NCBI GenBank assembly: GCA_951406725.2
Contig: OX597816.1
Coordinates: forward strand, 110,608,001-110,672,000
DNA length: 64,000 nucleotides
Source: Octopus vulgaris
Taxonomy: Eukaryota
Direction of reading: 5' to 3'
Part shown: positions 27,235-40,561 of the stretch, in pieces
How the letters are laid out: each line of letters starts with the position of its first letter
Numbering within the stretch: position 1 is the first letter of the stretch
Program-made: the position numbers and the translations under genes
Notes under the pieces: model-generated
Database searches by the model: none
Told to the model about the DNA's origin: nothing
The model's input: only the letters and a program-made list of their open reading frames with translations

Positions 27235-28246
27235 GGCTTATTATTCTTTGCAATGACACCTTGTGCTGGCGCCATTTATACTCTACTTGTCACTCTTTGC
27301 AACAACGGTCCGTGTTCGGAAAGTCCTTGCACAGGGGCCATCCATGCTCCCGTTTGCCCCGTGAACAGGGACTAATCTTATCTCTTCACTCCTTTGCGCC
27401 ACATAGGCTCAACTCTCCTCTCCTCATCAAACCAATTCCCATATCCTCTCTCCCCCTCACACCTACTTCCTCTGACCCACCTCTCCTCTCTAGCTCCGTC
27501 TCCTACTTCTTCTCTTCACTCCTACTCTTCTCTCTTCTCTCCAACACTACCCACCTTCTCCCTTCCCTTTCATCGTCACCTCTCCCTCGTAACCCCAACC
27601 ACTCCTACACAATCCAACCCCACCTTCACTATCCATCCCATCCCACCCCACCCCATACCAGCCCTTGCACCCACTTCCACATACCCCAAGTCTACCCCAC
27701 CCTCAACCTACCCACATGCCGCACCCTTACCCCCATCCTTAGCCTAACCTATACTCCATCCCTTGCTTTCCCCACTCTCGCCTCCCCCGCCTCCCAACAG
27801 CATCACACCATACTACACACCACTACACCATACACCACCATACCACACAACACCTCATCACGTCAGATCACACCACCACACACACACTAGCACTAACCAC
27901 TTCCCAGCCGCACATCCTCACACCTACACATACACACACACACACACACGTCAAGGTCACCAGCCCTCTTCCACACGCACATACATACTCACTTATACGC
28001 ATGCATGCGCACCTTCGTTAGGCGATCACCACTATTCTATTATCTCGCCTTCTTCCTAGCTCTCCTGTGTTACCCCTCTGTTCGGCATTCAACATGATAG
28101 ATCGCTAACCACTACACATTCTTTATTTTCTCGCCTGTGTTCCTTTCGAAACGTTAAAGACTTTTTCACTTCCCTAGCGTTAAACAATTACATCTGTTTG
28201 TTGTCTACACCACCTGTCTTCGTCTGTTTTTTGTGAATTCTATTTT

Positions 28247-28250
<4 letters not shown>
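27235..28250 (+). mobile_element. Penelope-like element 3' fragment (GIY-YIG C-terminus plus pyrimidine-rich 3' region)
   Basis: NDTLCWRHLYSTCHSLQQRSVFGKSLH..RLPREQGLILSLHSFAPHRLN resembles the PLE endonuclease end (PV..HF..H..EQ.LI..L....P.GLN). Ends at (CT)n(TA)n. Residual tcGAAAcgTT half-hammerhead at ~28146. Confidence 0.65.
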
Positions 28251-28322
<72 letters not shown>

Positions 28323-28325
<3 letters not shown>

Positions 28326-28492
28326 TGACCCCCTTCGGTCAGACACTGACCATGGGTTTGCACCTAGAGAATTACCCTCTGAGGCACAAGTCTGGGCGAG
28401 GTTGTTTTTTATGGAAGACCAGTAGTCGCCCATGCATACCGGCCTCCTCTCTCCACGTCACCGATGTTGTCCAAGGGAAAGACAAGGGCCGA
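28323..28492 (-). mobile_element. SINE 3' portion with RTE-type terminal stem-loop
   Basis: Minus strand ends ..cccatggtcagtgtctgaccgaaggggg then (TA)n; GC-rich island. Family assignment is from recall only. Confidence 0.45.
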
Positions 28493-28872
28493 TAAACATA
28501 TATTAGGCATCCATCATAGGACTCCTTGCACACTAGAGATTACAGTTAAATACCAAAACACTATTAGGGATAAAATTTCGAAGGAGATGAAAAATAAAAA
28601 CATTTACCATCTAACTTCTGAACCAATGTTTTCAAACTAGCAATAAAATAATTTAGCAAATAAAATGATTTAGCAAATAAAATAATTTGCTAGGCGAAGT
28701 CTTCTTCAGCAGATAAACCTTAGATTAAATATATATACAGGAAACAATCCAGTATATGCCCCGTGCTTATACATTCTAATATTTCAAATCTACTGTGCAA
28801 TTTAGCAATTGGAATTTAACTGTTCTATCTAGCGTACCAGGAGTCCTATGATGGATGCCTAATATGTGTTTA
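28493..28872. mobile_element. MITE with ~60-bp imperfect TIRs
   Basis: taaacatatattaggcatccatcataggactcct..ctaga..acagttaaa (from 28493) is the reverse complement of 28810-28872. Internal 17-bp tandem units tttagcaaataaaat(a/g)a. Confidence 0.75.
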
Positions 28873-30123
28873 AATGTACACTGTATTTATTTGAATAATA
28901 TTTAGTCTATTGACTAAAGTTTTACACGCTAGACAACTGGTAATGGAAATTTCTAATATTTCTGATTCCCATTTGATATTATTAATGTTTGATAATTTTG
29001 TTTTCTGGATAATTTTCGAATTGAAAAGCCGGCATTTTTATTTATTGCCGACAAGGAGCCCCAGGAAGACATCTCCTCCAGCTGGCTATTGACACACTGT
29101 CTGTGACTTATCAGTATTTGCAAAGGGAAATGATCGTTCCCATCTCCAGCCTGACGTGATAAACACGGACACGAGTTCTGGGTTATAACCCGTCATTAGC
29201 GTACGTCAACCACCGGCTGGGGATGAGAATTGATTTCTCAATGCAAATACGTATAATTGGTGAAAAGTCTCTGATCTCGAAAAAGGAGTAACAAGTAATA
29301 ATAAATCTCTGAGTGAGATATAAGCAGTAGCAGCATGACATCGTGAAGTATATTTGCGACCTAAATGTGGTTTCCATTTTACGTCTTAAGACTCCCTGTG
29401 TGCTTCTAAAAGAACAATATAATGATACTTTCTCCATATACACAAATATTTCTCTCAGTTATTTTAGACGGCATGAATTTACATATCATGTTTTCTAAAA
29501 TTCCCTACAAAGTCATGTGTCTAACGACATTCAAATACAGCATAGGAAGCATCATTATTTAATAATAATCCAGGAAATACATGCCGTTGACGGAAACTTA
29601 ACACTGATAACAGCATCGCCAAAATGAGATTATACTCTTACCTCTTTTCCTACTGTAAAATTCATATATTTAAAACAAAGTTACGAACAGGAAACAAAAT
29701 TTGCAATCTTAATAGAAAATACCAAACATTTCCACAGATCCTAAAATATAAAATAAACAATAGCATCAACCAATCTTTTTCAACCAGCATATGTTATCTT
29801 CCACGAAAATCCTGTAACAAGAATTCAGAAAATATTCTTCTTAGAAATGCTCACAACACCTACTTATATTCTATGTTCTTCCCGTAGTATTAAATACAGG
29901 CACTTGAAAATACGTTGCCTAACGTTATTGAGAACGCATAATAATTATCCTAAGAAGAGGTTTGTACATGAAATACACCTAAAAATAAAAAAAGAAAAAG
30001 ACAAGGAAAAACAATCATTTTACAAATTTCAGAAAGAGAAAAGGAATTAAGTTCCAAAAAGAGAATTATATGCCGTTTTACTTTAGAGTCAATAATACAG
30101 AAATTACCGATACAAACATCGCT

Positions 30124-30127
<4 letters not shown>

Positions 30128-30208
<81 letters not shown>
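30128..30208. repeat. (CA)n microsatellite
   Basis: Direct reading. Confidence 0.95.
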
Positions 30209-30210
<2 letters not shown>

Positions 30211-30299
30211 ATAAACAGCAGTTTGCAATGCATAATAATTATCCTAAAACGAGAATTACAAATGTCACTAAATGTGAGAGTAGGGCATTAGTAAACACC

Positions 30300-32697
30300 T
30301 ACAGGGCTGTTGTTAGCGAACATTACTGAAAGCATATGCACTAATAGGGGTCATAATCTCCCTAAAAGTGCTGATCAGAATTCTTAATACTGGCGTATGA
30401 GTTTCGGTAGTTTTTGGTGCCACATCAGTTAAGACATGTCCGATATGTCGCGAGGCTCCCAGACATGAGTTCTACTCACGTGTCAAAGTATAAATGTGAT
30501 ATTCTCTGCAAAAATTAGAAATAGGACACACAAAAATCAATATTCAAAGTAATCGGACATAAACAATGAAATGTGTTATTTTTGTAGTGTTTAAATAATA
30601 TTGTACATGTGCTATGGGTTATTTCACTTAGATGTTTAAAAACAAGTCAGTTATATGAGGTAGATATAAAGGTCCCTTCCAGGGACCGTATTATCGATTT
30701 TTTCAACAATCTAAGTTTTCATTAATATAGAGTTCAGATTTGGTATCCCGTCCTCTGTATGATTTAGCTGTAGTAATAATTTTCCTTTGTGAGTGAGGGT
30801 TGCTTAATCTACCTTCTTTCAATGTCCATATCATATTTGACAGGGATACTGCATATTATTTTGTTTTTGCTTCTGAATGATGCCAGATGTTGTATATACC
30901 TTTCTTTAAACGAGTTTCCTGTCATTCCGATATACATCTTTACTATTCCGTTGGAGTCCGAGATCTTCGACTTGTATCAGAGTCCTTTTTTGCTTAGAGT
31001 GCAGCGGTTTGGAGATCTACAGGTGCATTGCATTTCGGGGGTGTTTCTGATGTGTTTATGCTTGTTGTGATTGAGTATTATTGACCTTATTTTAAGGAGG
31101 CAACTATAGCTAACTTTAACAGTATTTCTGGTGAAGATCTTGTGTTATTTGTGTGAATATGGGAAGTGGTTTTCTGTTAGTTTTAAAACTTACCTAGCTA
31201 TGTTAGCAGCTCCATTCATGCTATAAGGTAGGTTGCACCATAGGATTTTCCCTCCATCTGCGACTTCTTGGTCTATTTATGTAATATATGCTATTCTTGA
31301 AATTGAACCTTTCTAATGCAGTATTATAATATGGGGTGGCTTTTTCAAACGAGTTTTTGCCGACGGAGAAAGCAGAAATTCGCCTCCCTGTTGTTAACCA
31401 CTTGCTTAATTACTGCTGGTGGGTGGTTGGAACTTCTATCTACGTACAAGGCTTCATCGCTTTGTGGTAAAACTTATATTTTCCTGTGTTAAGATTCATG
31501 TTAATGTCTGGGTGTTGACTTTTAAGGTTTTCACTAATTGTTGTTCTTCAGGCATAATTGGTTAAATAATGTACATAATTTTGTCCTTATTCTATCCATA
31601 TCATGACCGTTTTTATTGTATATTGCTCCCAGACCACAATTCATGTATAAACGTATGTTATCTCATTTTATTTTCTTAAATGTATCTAAGTTATAAAACC
31701 CTACAAGGTCAGGTATCTCTGTACCATCACAGCTCGCCATTGCCACGTCAAATATTATGTCTCCATTCTTTTGTACCCAGTAGGTATTATCAGTAAAGAG
31801 TAATTATTTCCTTGCATTCATAATCACATCTATATTGGTATTTGTTACAGTGACATATGTTTTACTAAATTCAAGTGCTTTCTGAAGCAAGCTTTTGGAG
31901 ATCGAGTCGTAGAACTTTACGATATCATATTGTATAAGCTTGCATTTGGGTTTATCTTCTATTTTCTTAATCCATTCATTAGTTTCACTACTGCATATCT
32001 ATTGCATAAGATTTAATTGTGCTCTGATATAATATCATCGAATATGCAATTACTACTAATTCCCATTTCACGTTTTGTGGGATTTATTAATCTACTGCTA
32101 GGATTTTGCCTGAAGTTGCTTTTATGGTATTTCAGAGTTGTAAAAGGATTTCGTATGTTAAGCTTTTCTACTTTGTCTTCTATTTTAAAGTTTGCGGCTA
32201 AATGTTTGCCTCTATATTACTTGAATTATAAGAGGTGGGGTTTGTTTTCGTGTATACTTTAGTTCTGTTGTCGGTTAGTAAACTATTGCGTGTTTGGTTG
32301 TTTACTTCATAGATATTCTTTTATTTTATTTGCTTTAATAAACATGTTCGTTGATGTTTTGAAAGGTCCAAAGTCGGTCTGTACTGTGTATTGAAACTTG
32401 TTGGGTTTTTGGTTAAATTTTACATTTGCAACTAATTTTATAAGATCGTCTTCAAATTTCTTTAGGTCTTTAATATCTGGCGCGTTTCTATGAGATCTGA
32501 AACCGTAAAATTCCTCTGCATGACTGCACGTATATTTGTTGAAAAAATAGGCCTTCCATTTCATTCTGGAATATGAATATTTTTGTGATGTCATTATTTC
32601 GTGTTTTTCCATTGTTTGTTTTGATACTTTGTTCGTTTTCAGTGCCTAACCAGTGTTTGTTGACGTCGGAAGTTTTGATTCCCAAATGTTGAACGAT
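30300..32697 (-). mobile_element. near full-length degraded Penelope-like element, Naiad-like clade (RT plus GIY-YIG)
   Basis: RMKWKAYFF..EFYGFRS..LKKFEDDLIKLVANVKF; FDVAMASCDGTEIPDLVG; HFPYSHK*HKIFTRNTVKVSYSC; CTCRSPNRC; MYIGMTGNSFKERY..H. Many stops and frameshifts. Confidence 0.8.
30382..30434 (-). ncRNA. type I hammerhead ribozyme in the Naiad-like 3' region (A9 position mutated)
   Basis: tcttaa-CTGATGT-ggcaccaaaaactacc-GAAA-ctcatacgccag-TA-ttaaga. Perfect 6-bp stem I, stem III act/agt, GUA site. Confidence 0.65.
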
Positions 32698-34113
32698 ACA
32701 CACACATGCACATACACACACACACACACACAATTAACTAAATTATGACAGTCACAAATTATAGAATTATAGATCACATTAGAAATTAAATCTCCACTAC
32801 ACATTATAAATACCCAGCAACATAAAAACATTGTACTGCATAACTCAAAGGATATACAATAAAAGTAATTATAAATAAATAAACACAACAGTATACAAAA
32901 AAGCATAGTAACCTAAAAGTCTCTTAAAACAGAAAAAAGTGATGAAATTATTTAGCGAACAAAAATTTAACCATAATCATCAACAGTAAGACCAAATAAG
33001 TTACAATTATATAGATCACCGGAGCACCAAGATTTGTCACACTTACTGCATGACATTCTAGAATAACATTTTTAACAGTGCAACACCAAACAAACTGCGT
33101 GTTATAGTTTTTCGAAAATCAATCGATATTAGACTACAAAAAGACAGGAAATAAATACAAATAAATACACCTTCGATCTAGTCTATGACTTTGAATGTTT
33201 TCTCACATTTGACACGAAAAGCAATTTGTAAATCGAAGATTCAAATATCTCATTACAAGATGAAAATCGAAACCTAAATTTGAAACACCGTGGTTCTAAA
33301 GAAATCACTGCACTCACTAATAGGTACAATTAATCTTAACAATATACTCAAATGCCAAATACGTGGTAGCTAAAGAAAATTATACGAATTCTAATTGGCC
33401 ACAAAATAACATGAATAATATCATGCAATGGCATATGTTGCTCCTATAAAAAGATTTTAAAACCCACTGATCATTGATATTAGTAGAATAGAGATTTTCA
33501 CGTTGAAATCGGTGCATTGCATTCAACATGAAAAATATTTTTGTAACATCATTAATATATTTGATGGCATTACTTTTACTATCAAATCTACCCATCTACG
33601 ATGGAGGCATAAAATGCGGGAGGAAAGTCATAGCAGCAGTAAATATTGACAAATATGTAAATAGGCTTGATGGATTACTTAGAGAAATCACATTATTGTT
33701 GGTGGTACAGTATTCTATTGCAGCTATATACCATGCGTTTGCAACTAAGTGATATGTTATGACGATTTACTCACGAACTGAGATAGGCTCCAGCCTCTGT
33801 ATCATGAATGGTTATGTGGACCACCCCTAATGAAAGCCAGAGCTTCCTCCGACCACTACATAAAAACCTATTACGAAAAAATGTTATTTAGATAAACTTT
33901 CATTTTAGTTGCTTACATTATTTTACGCTTACATTATTTTACGATTATACATTCAAAGGTCACACATTTCCTTATTTAAATTATAAATCATGTTCCTTTC
34001 GATAATATCAATAGGATTACAAACCTTCTTTGTAGGCAATATTTTCTGTTTAGTCGACACTAATTTTCAAATTACTCTACTCCGTTGCTTTACTCCTAAA
34101 AATACACCTACAC

Positions 34114-34660
34114 GATCTAAAGACTGGCCCTGTAGCGGAACCTTTAGGGTCGCAAAAACCAAACTAAGACATACCTCTCACAGTTATATGCGAATAATGT
34201 CTGGAGTTTCTGGTACCATGGGTTATTTTGACTGAAAAAACTGAGATGTACACAACAACCGCTTCGATTAGCAGTTTCGAATCATGTACAAGACTGACAC
34301 GCTTCAATAACCACTAAATAATCACACACATTTTTCCCATTTTATTTTCGCTATTAACCATCCTCGCAAACACCTTCGTATCTACAAAAGGGCCGTGAAC
34401 TATACGATGAAAATACAGAGTTACTTTTGGTCGGTGATTTTTTAATAAAAATGCGAATGTGTTTTATCTATTCAAAAATCGATATCCACGAAATAATCAT
34501 ACTTCTGAATTTTTTTAATACTAAAAACATTCTAGACGACCGTATTTGTAATCCCGAAATTATCGTAACCATTGGTTTAGCCGTCTGGCCGTGAAGAGAG
34601 AACAGGCGAAGAGAGAGACACAGGGACAGACAAACGGACATAACTCCCATTATAGTAAGA
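34114..34660 (-). mobile_element. non-autonomous Helitron-like element (5' end clear, 3' end tentative)
   Basis: Minus strand begins a|TCTTACTATAATGGGAG..gtccgtttgtctgtc..acggctaaaccaat..aattt, the usual Helitron-N 5' layout. Weak hairpin near 34125-34152. Confidence 0.5.
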
Positions 34661-34944
34661 TTAGAATCAGTATGACTAAAGAATGAGATTTAATTTCCCG
34701 CTCAAGCAAATAATATAATCCGAAACGATTCCAATCCAAAGTACTCATAAAATCTGCACAATACCAATACTTTCGAAACCTACATAACTGCACAGAGGAC
34801 TGATAATGAATTGAGTTAACGAACAGCATAATTGCCATAATTAATGTCACTGGTGTCTTCGTCGTCGTCGTCATCATCATCAACATCGGCCACAGCAGCA
34901 GCTACGGCAGCATCGTCATCGTTATAATTCAAACCAACTCGAGG

Positions 34945-35100
34945 CTAGGGGTTTTGTTCCTCAAGCAAGTGTTACATAAAATAGTTTAACTTGCAGGTGG
35001 TTCTGTTTTTCGTTTTCAACTGAATGGACTGTAGTAACATGATATTAATTGCCTTGCTCAAGGATACAACACACTTGAAGGTCTGGGAAAGAAACTTTGG
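34945..35100 (-). mobile_element. SINE fragment related to 36024..36338
   Basis: Minus-strand gtgttgtatccttgagcaaggcaatt..actacagtccattcagttg motif. Confidence 0.4.
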
Positions 35101-36023
35101 AATAGTGTAAAGACGAAGTTGTAAGTTTTCATTAAATATATACGAATAAATTAATATGTAATGCAAACCGGATAAAAACTAGTTTCGAAACTTGTGCTCA
35201 TTTATCGTATTTTACTAAGCTAAAATTCAGTGGTTAACTATGCAATAGTTTGATCCTAATGACATATTATATCTATCATAAAGATATCTGTCCTGCCTGG
35301 GCATGTAACAAGTACCCACTACAAATCCACTGCGAATAATTAACAGGTTTGCACAGACTCGAATTCGCCTAGAATCTTCGAATATTCTGAAGAGTACATC
35401 AGCTTGTCTATTAATTTTATTACCAGGGTCAAGTGCTAGATTTACTGTAATTACATGAACACCATCCAAAACGGTCTAAATATACAATATCCACACAAAA
35501 GTACAAAAACAATATGCATAAATTAAGTTGATTATTGCACAAACTAATACTGTTTTACTGATCGAATTTCTTTTCAAATTATGAAACCACGAGGAAAACA
35601 TTCATATAAAAACAGCCTCCCTAGCGTCACTGGTATAACCGACTGCATATTACCCTGCTCGAATGTACAGAAAAATAGAAACTGCTGCTCACTAAGTACA
35701 TTTTGCCAACAATCACTATATCCAGCCCTAAAATCTAGTTAAATTCATAAAGAAAATTATTAGAATGAGGTGAGCGTACACCCAGAGCAGCCTGTTACTA
35801 TACACTCGTACAAACTTATATGGCATATCGCGGGTGCAATATATCAGAATATATCGCCGCTACACTGATGCATAGTACAATTTTGAAGATTGAACTAAAT
35901 GTCGCAACTCAATAGATTGTATCATAAATGCCCTTGGATTATACTTCAAGAATATGTGTATAACTGATGAATTAGTTGTGTTTGTTGATGTACCATTTCT
36001 TAACGGCGTTATTTGTGAGATAT

Positions 36024-36338
36024 GAAGTCGCGTAGCTTAATGATTAATGTAATCGGTTCGCGATCATAAGATCGTGTATTGGATTCCGGTAGCACGTTGT
36101 GTCCACGAGAAAGACATTTTATTTCATGTTGCTCCAGTTCACTCAGTAGGCTAAAGTGATTTGTACCTGTATTTCAAAGAGCCGACCTCGTCACTTTCTG
36201 TATCATGCTGAATTTCCTTGATAACTACGTTAACTTTATGCATGGCTGTGGTGTGCTCAGCACGTTAATTTCAAGATCAGGTTGTTCCGTTGATCGAACC
36301 AACTGGAATCCTCGTCGTTGTAACTGACGGAATGCCAG
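36024..36338 (+). mobile_element. third tRNA-derived SINE family
   Basis: gcgtagcttaatgatta (A-box-like), ttggattccgg (B-box-like), gttgtgtccacgagaaagacatt..gttgctccagttcactcag core. Confidence 0.55.
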
Positions 36339-37689
36339 TTATTTGTAAGAACACCAGCTGTTGTCTTTCTGCTTTCATGTAATCTAGACAAAAATATCAA
36401 ATATATCACCTTTGAAAATAATGTAAATTTGAGGGTGACTAGCTTCCTAAATCCCGTGGCTTAATCCATTCGCTTGGAAAGTTGTTTTTTATGTTGCACT
36501 CTCAAAGTAATTCCTTATATTCTATCTGTAATATGTATATGTGCATTCATGAATTCATATTTCCATTGATATCATAATAAACTTGTATATATTTATGCTC
36601 AGTGTATCGAGAAAACTCGAAACATTTGCAAATATATTTCGAGTGTTTTGGTACTTAAGTATACGTATTTTTGCTACACTCTCTCTGTAACGGCATATAT
36701 ATAATTTCAGATGACCTTTTCAATTCCTGTCTATATTTATACACAATTTGCAATCATATTAATGATTTACATGAAATTACCTGAGCCAAAATAAGACTTG
36801 GTATTGTAAACTTCAAATAAAGCTTCTCTTTTAGAATATATAACTAGAGAGGTCAAACAAAACTACTATGAAATTATCGCGGGATACTTCTTGAAATTGC
36901 AATTATTATTGGCAAGAAAGTAGGAAAAAGAGACGCTTTCTGCAGCATTACTACGTAATGTATTGTTAGTATAGGGTGAATATTGTAGTTTGACAGTTAC
37001 GTTTCAATCTACAATAAGTATTCAGAAGAATACGTTATAGCAGAGAATAATTATTGAAAATAATCGTTATCACTAGCATGTAATTAAATAGATAATTAAT
37101 TGTAACCAGATAAAATGCAGCGGTATTTGAAAAATTAACTGGAAATAATACCAGTTCAGAAATTAGAAAAAAAGCAAATATAGCCAACGGCACACTCATT
37201 ATTATTTCTGCAATACAGTAGAAAAGGCATAGAATATATTTGGTTATATCACGAGCAAATTCTGAAACATAGATTTCAGATTCCATGTTATGTATCTCTA
37301 GAGAAAACCCAGAAAATGAACAATATTCTGCAATGCTTTTGCACGTATGAAAAATTACTAAATTGTTCAATATGTAATGAAATAGGTTGTTTGTTTTAAC
37401 AGAATAAATAGAATATGAAAGAAAATTTCTCATGCCATAACTGGAAAAACAAATTTAATAAAGGTCTCTGATGTGTGGAGGGTCTCCAGTAACTTTGGGT
37501 GTTATAATAACCTTATAATAGTATTTGCTGACTTGGTAATTAACGATTAAGTAAATGTTCAAGGTCCGATCCGTTAGACCCTACAGTATACACTTTTCAA
37601 AATCAATAGTGAAACCGTAAATTCTAATCAATTTAAATTTATTCAGTGAACATTTTCAACTTCAATTCTTTTTCTATTCCTCCAGTCGT

Positions 37690-40221
37690 TTCGATTAATA
37701 ACAACTATGGTATATATAATCTCTAAACAAGAATCGAAAATGCCTTCCGATGAAAATAAAACTACATGGAACAAAGATTTCTTCAACCAACTGTAAGTAA
37801 CCGCTTGTAAACTCTAACTAACTGAAAAACAAATCTAAGAATTTCAGAATTATTGAGCAACAGGAACTAATAGCCAGCAAACTCAGATCATCAAGAGACT
37901 AATCCAAGTATGTATCATAGCAGAGATAGCCATTCCACAGAACAAGTAACAAAATTTTAATTCAAGCAAAAAAATCAACAATACCTATCTGGATAGATAT
38001 ACATACTCTTTTAAACACAGTTCAAATCATATATGGAATGAGAACCTCACGACCACAAAATCCGAGTTAATTAAATTTATTAAAGAACAATTTCTAAGTA
38101 AATATATATCAAAATTAGTTGAATGCAATCCCAACTAATCTACCATTAAAATTCCAAATAAAACCAATCAAAATATGAACCGGAACAACAAGGAAATCTC
38201 AGAGAAATGATGACTTTAGAAGAATGAAAATTGGAAATACCACTATTGCGTCTGAAAACCATCACAAATAATGAAAAAGTAAAATTTGTTGACGGACGAT
38301 GTAAATGGAAATTTAAATTAAAACCGAACAGTAAGCAATCTTCTTGAAAACACAGTTAAACTCTGGAGAGAACAATGTTTAAATGAAGAATCAACTTCGC
38401 TTCGACTTTGGAAAAAGAAAGTTGTCTGGTTTAATAAATAGGAAAAGAATCTCAAACAGAAAATAATGTTAATCCATTCGTAAAGAAAATTAGAAGCAAA
38501 GCAGTTTTATTCAGAAACGGCAAATCAAACATCGAGTTAAGAATTTTACCCGTCAGAGATTGCAAGAAATAACACCAATTTCAGCTTCTCAAGTCAGCAA
38601 AATAACACCTCACAAATATTTCCAAACCCCTCTCCACCAAAACAGAACACCTTCCGTGGACATGAACAGCCTCTATAAAGAAATATAAGGGATGTCAATT
38701 ATTCCGGAAACCTGGAAAGGAACGATTTATATAACCACTAATTTAGGAACACAACCAAAAGACCAAACGTCAAACACCCGGAAGTAAAATTTCAAGATAT
38801 CCGATGGTACGAGACAAAGGTATGAAACATTAAATGATAAATCTTTACAACTTAAACCTATCCAAACACAACAAATCCCAAACCTTTCAGTAGTTTTAAA
38901 TTGTCCCCCAAATCACAGTATTTTAACTTCAGTGACAGAGGAGATTGCATCTCAAATTTTTGTACAAAATTAAAATTATTCGAAGACCTTCTCGATAAGG
39001 AAACACTGACCAATCCAATGTGCTAAACAAAAGCAATTACAACCCAACAAAATGGAGAAGGAAGTCATGAGACAAAATTTATGTCCTCCTTCACTTACAA
39101 TGAACTTTCACTTCTTATACTGAAGTCCAAAACTAGTTGAACAGTACGGAAAACTATATGTAACCTAAAAACACTCATGATAGAATTATGAATGAAGCTG
39201 ATAAGGGAAGTATTGAAGTTATGTATGCGGAACAATATAAGGATGTGCATTAATTCCAAAGATACCGTACACTATAAAATAGTAAACAGCTACCAACAAA
39301 TTAAAACAATGTTTAACATTCTCATGGACAAAAAGACTCTTCTATGTCCTTCCCACAATCCACAAACTAAAACAATTAATGAAGCATTCAAAGAATCTAA
39401 CTTAATCTGCATAAATATATCCTTTTCGAAACGCCCTGCCTCTGAATCTCATAGATTTACCAATCTTCTTGTGATATGTTTAAAACCTCTCTGAAAATTT
39501 ATACCTAGTTTTATTAGAGATGGCCTAACTATATAAAACCATCTTCTGCAAAACAAATATCAATGACACTCTAATGGCTTTATTTAATGTAACAAGTCTA
39601 TATACGACCGTCCAAAACCAGTACGGACTAAAGGCAATAGCTTTTTGGCCAAGTAAATTCCCGGACGAAATTCCAAACCGAATTTATCAACAATTTATGA
39701 CAAACGCATTTGAAATTTATCCTTTGAAACAACTTCTTCATTACCGAGAAATACATTTACCAAAAAAATATATGGAAATGCCATGGTGACAAAAATTTCC
39801 CTAACATACGCCAATTTAGTCATGACATAGCTTCAAGTTCAAATACATGACCAAATTAAAACAAAGTACGGTATCAAATTTCAATCATTTGGCGAAAAGT
39901 TGGAAACTATACGTAGAAGACTGGCTTATTCTGTAGACATTCAAACGAGATGAACACAACGATTTAAAATTCTTACTTAATAGCAGCAATAACAGTATTC
40001 CGTTCACCATGGAATTTTGCCATAACCAAAGCTTAGATATTTAATACAAATCAATGAAATTTAAACTGTACCTACTATTTTCATCAAGCCATCCAAAACA
40101 TACAAAATCCTATATTCCATTGAACGTAGTTAGAAGAATTCAAAGGAATGCTTCAAATCCGGAAGTTCAGAATGGAAGACCACTTGAATTAAAACAGGCA
40201 CTACTTGAAAGAAAGACCCCG
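37690..40221 (+). mobile_element. old Penelope-like (Neptune-related) relic, truncated by the Dong cluster
   Basis: PASESHRFTNLL..LKPL..PSFIRD, ALFNVTSLYTTVQNQYGLKAIAFW, GNAMVTK, YLLFSSSHPKHTKSYIP; colinear with 47705..49000. Confidence 0.7.
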
Positions 40222-40540
40222 GTAATGTCTTTTTGTCTTTTCCTTCATGTCGTCGTGTTTCATTCCATCTGTCTCAAGTTTTCCCAGGTATTTATAGCTG
40301 GATTGAGGTTGAATTGTTTTCATCATTTCACCACTTGGCAACCATATGCCTTCTGGCAAGCTTTCCTCGTTTCATCACCATCGTAGCACATTTTGAGAGT
40401 CCAAACTTCATCTTAATATGATTGGGGAAAATCCAACTCCGCTTCAGTTTTTATGAATAGCTTCAAGTTGTCCATGAATAGCAAGTGGTTTAGTTTCCCA
40501 TTACTTCTCAGATCATACCTCAACTTTATTTTCTGTAGCA
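40222..40540 (-). mobile_element. R4/Dong RT fragment
   Basis: KLNHLLFMDNLKLF..KFGLSKCATMVMKRGK..YKYLG. Confidence 0.75.
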
Positions 40541-40561
40541 CATCATCATCATCATCATCCT

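Noticed and set aside
27394-28059. Pro/His/Thr-rich extensin-like ORFs
   Set aside because: Low-complexity C-rich 3' region of a Penelope fragment; open in several frames.
33528-33752. 74-aa ORF with a signal-peptide-like start
   Set aside because: Hydrophobic residues are expected from AT-rich codons; no homology or supporting gene structure.
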